The translations under genes and the position numbers were made by a program. The notes under the pieces were generated by a model that was given only the letters and a program-made list of their open reading frames with translations, was not told the DNA's origin and did not search any database. 64,000 nucleotides of DNA from an uncultured Pelagibacteraceae bacterium (GTDB taxonomy: Bacteria > Pseudomonadota > Alphaproteobacteria > Pelagibacterales > Pelagibacteraceae), in NCBI GenBank assembly GCA_902596045.1, contig CACJSJ010000001.1, positions 136,351 to 200,350 of the forward strand, read 5' to 3'. Shown piece by piece: positions 62,397 to 64,000 of the stretch (the first letter of the stretch is position 1; the number at the start of each line of letters is the position of its first letter).

Positions 62397-62860
62397 TTTG
62401 TTTGTTTTAAACATTCAGCTAAAATAATTGCAACAGAGGATGCTAAATTTAATGAACGTTTGTTACTCTCCATAGGTATTTTTAGTTTATTATTTAATAA
62501 TTTGTGAATTTCTTCTGGAACTCCAGCACTTTCACGGCCAAATAAAATTGTATCATTTTTTTCAAATTTGAAATTTGTATAAGATATAGAAGCTTTAGTT
62601 GTCATCAATATAATTCTTTGATCTTTTTTGGACTTAAAAAAAATATCTGCACTTTTATAAAAATTTATATCTTTTTCGTCCATATAATCCATAACAACTC
62701 TTTTAAATCTTTTGTCTGAAATCAAGAATCCACATGGTTCAATTATTTCAAGTTTGGCTCCAAGACACGCACAAGTCCTAACTATTGCAGCAGTATTTTG
62801 AGGGATATCAGGTTCAAATAAAGCTATTTTTGGGCCAAGATTAGTTAAATTCTGTGTCAT
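62387..62860 (-). CDS. trmL: tRNA (cytidine/uridine-34 2'-O)-methyltransferase
   Basis: PDIPQNT, FGRESAG, IPM...RSLNLA. Confidence 0.92.
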   Translation of the reverse strand: MTQNLTNLGPKIALFEPDIPQNTAAIVRTCACLGAKLEIIEPCGFLISDKRFKRVVMDYMDEKDINFYKSADIFFKSKKDQRIILMTTKASISYTNFKFEKNDTILFGRESAGVPEEIHKLLNNKLKIPMESNKRSLNLASSVAIILAECLKQTKWI

Positions 62861-62952
62861 TCTATCAGTAGTAAAATTAGTATTTTATATTATATGAAAT
62901 CATATATTAAGTAGAAAAAATCAATATTGGGTATATTTAATTAAAGTTACAG

Positions 62953-63462
62953 ATGTCAGAAAAAAAAACTAACAGAAGAGATTTCTTGTTTACAGCAACA
63001 TATGCAGTAGGAGCTGTAGGGGTAGGGGCAACAGTTTGGCCAATGATTGATCAAATGAATCCTGATGCGTCAGTTAAAGCTTTAGCTAGTACTGAAGTAG
63101 ATGTGAGCTCAGTGAGCCCGGGAAAAACGATTACTGTTCTTTGGAGAGGTAAACCAGTTTTTATTAGAAGAAGAACTGAAGAAGAAATAACTGAAGCCAA
63201 ATCAGTTAAATTGGAAGATTTGAAAGATCCACAAAAGGATGAAGATCGAGCTAAAAATCCAGAGTGGTTAGTTATGCTCGGGGTTTGTACTCATCTAGGC
63301 TGTGTTCCTTTAGATCAGAAAGGTGATTACAACGGATGGTTTTGCCCATGTCACGGATCACATTATGATATTTCTGGTAGAATTAGAAAAGGTCCAGCAC
63401 CAACCAACATGGAAGTTCCAAAATATGAATTTGTTAACGCTAACACAATTAAAATTGGGTAA
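62953..63462 (+). CDS. petA: Cytochrome bc1 Rieske Fe-S subunit
   Basis: Tat RRDFL, CTHLGC, CPCHGS. Confidence 0.98.
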   Translation: MSEKKTNRRDFLFTATYAVGAVGVGATVWPMIDQMNPDASVKALASTEVDVSSVSPGKTITVLWRGKPVFIRRRTEEEITEAKSVKLEDLKDPQKDEDRAKNPEWLVMLGVCTHLGCVPLDQKGDYNGWFCPCHGSHYDISGRIRKGPAPTNMEVPKYEFVNANTIKIG

Positions 63463-63468
63463 AGAATA

Positions 63469-64000
63469 ATGAGTGATCACGAATATGTACCTAAGTCAAA
63501 ATTTGGAAAATGGTTTAATGATAGGCTTCCATTACTTTCATTAGCAAGTCACCTAACTGATTATCCAACACCAAAAAATTTGAATTACTGGTGGACTTTT
63601 GGTGGAATACTTACTTTTTGTTTGATAACTCAAATAGTAACAGGACTTACTCTCGCGATGCATTACATTGCTCATGCTGATATGGCATTTGAAAGCGTTG
63701 AGCACATAATGAGAGATGTAAATTATGGATGGTTAATAAGATACATTCATTCAAATGGTGCATCGATGTTTTTCTTAGCAGTTTATATTCATATTTTTAG
63801 ATCTCTGTTTTATGGATCTTACAAATCTCCGAGAGAAGTTATATGGATTATAGGTATTATTATTTACCTCTTGATGATGGCAGCAGCCTTTATGGGCTAT
63901 GTATTGCCATGGGGACAAATGAGTTTTTGGGGAGCTACCGTTATTACAAATCTATTTAGCGCAATTCCTTTAGTAGGTGAGGGAATTGTAACATGGTTAT
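63469..64000 (+). CDS. petB: Cytochrome b, 5' part (runs off window end)
   Basis: Manual translation MSDHEY...[14 protein letters not shown]...LAMHY...[17 protein letters not shown]. Confidence 0.97.
   Translation, partial: MSDHEYVPKSKFGKWFNDRLPLLSLASHLTDYPTPKNLNYWWTFGGILTFCLITQIVTGLTLAMHYIAHADMAFESVEHIMRDVNYGWLIRYIHSNGASMFFLAVYIHIFRSLFYGSYKSPREVIWIIGIIIYLLMMAAAFMGYVLPWGQMSFWGATVITNLFSAIPLVGEGIVTWL

Overview
AT-rich, gene-dense, almost spacer-free alphaproteobacterial chromosome segment whose gene content and compaction fit SAR11/Pelagibacter-type streamlined marine bacteria (inference, no search run). It is mostly core genome: tldD/pmbA, typA, groESL, ribF-ileS-lspA, lipid A genes (msbA-waaA-lpxK-lpxL), the aa3 cytochrome oxidase operon, the retinal cassette crtI-crtB-crtY-blh between the F0 ATP synthase genes and ispH, smc, mutY, ccrM, tRNA-Gln-cca and petAB. 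No transposase, integrase, prophage or CRISPR array was seen. The most unusual signal is a 30-bp, GC-rich, hairpin-forming direct repeat (27/30 identical) bracketing a lone TylF-like methyltransferase gene between prx and rnhA, which looks like a cassette insertion. Other notable items are an SMC with no recognisable hinge, a ccrM upstream region with GANTC sites plus an NrdR-box-like palindrome, a frameshifted rnhB 3' end, two small ORFs missed by the ORF track, and a CxxC mini-protein leading a pirin-qor unit.
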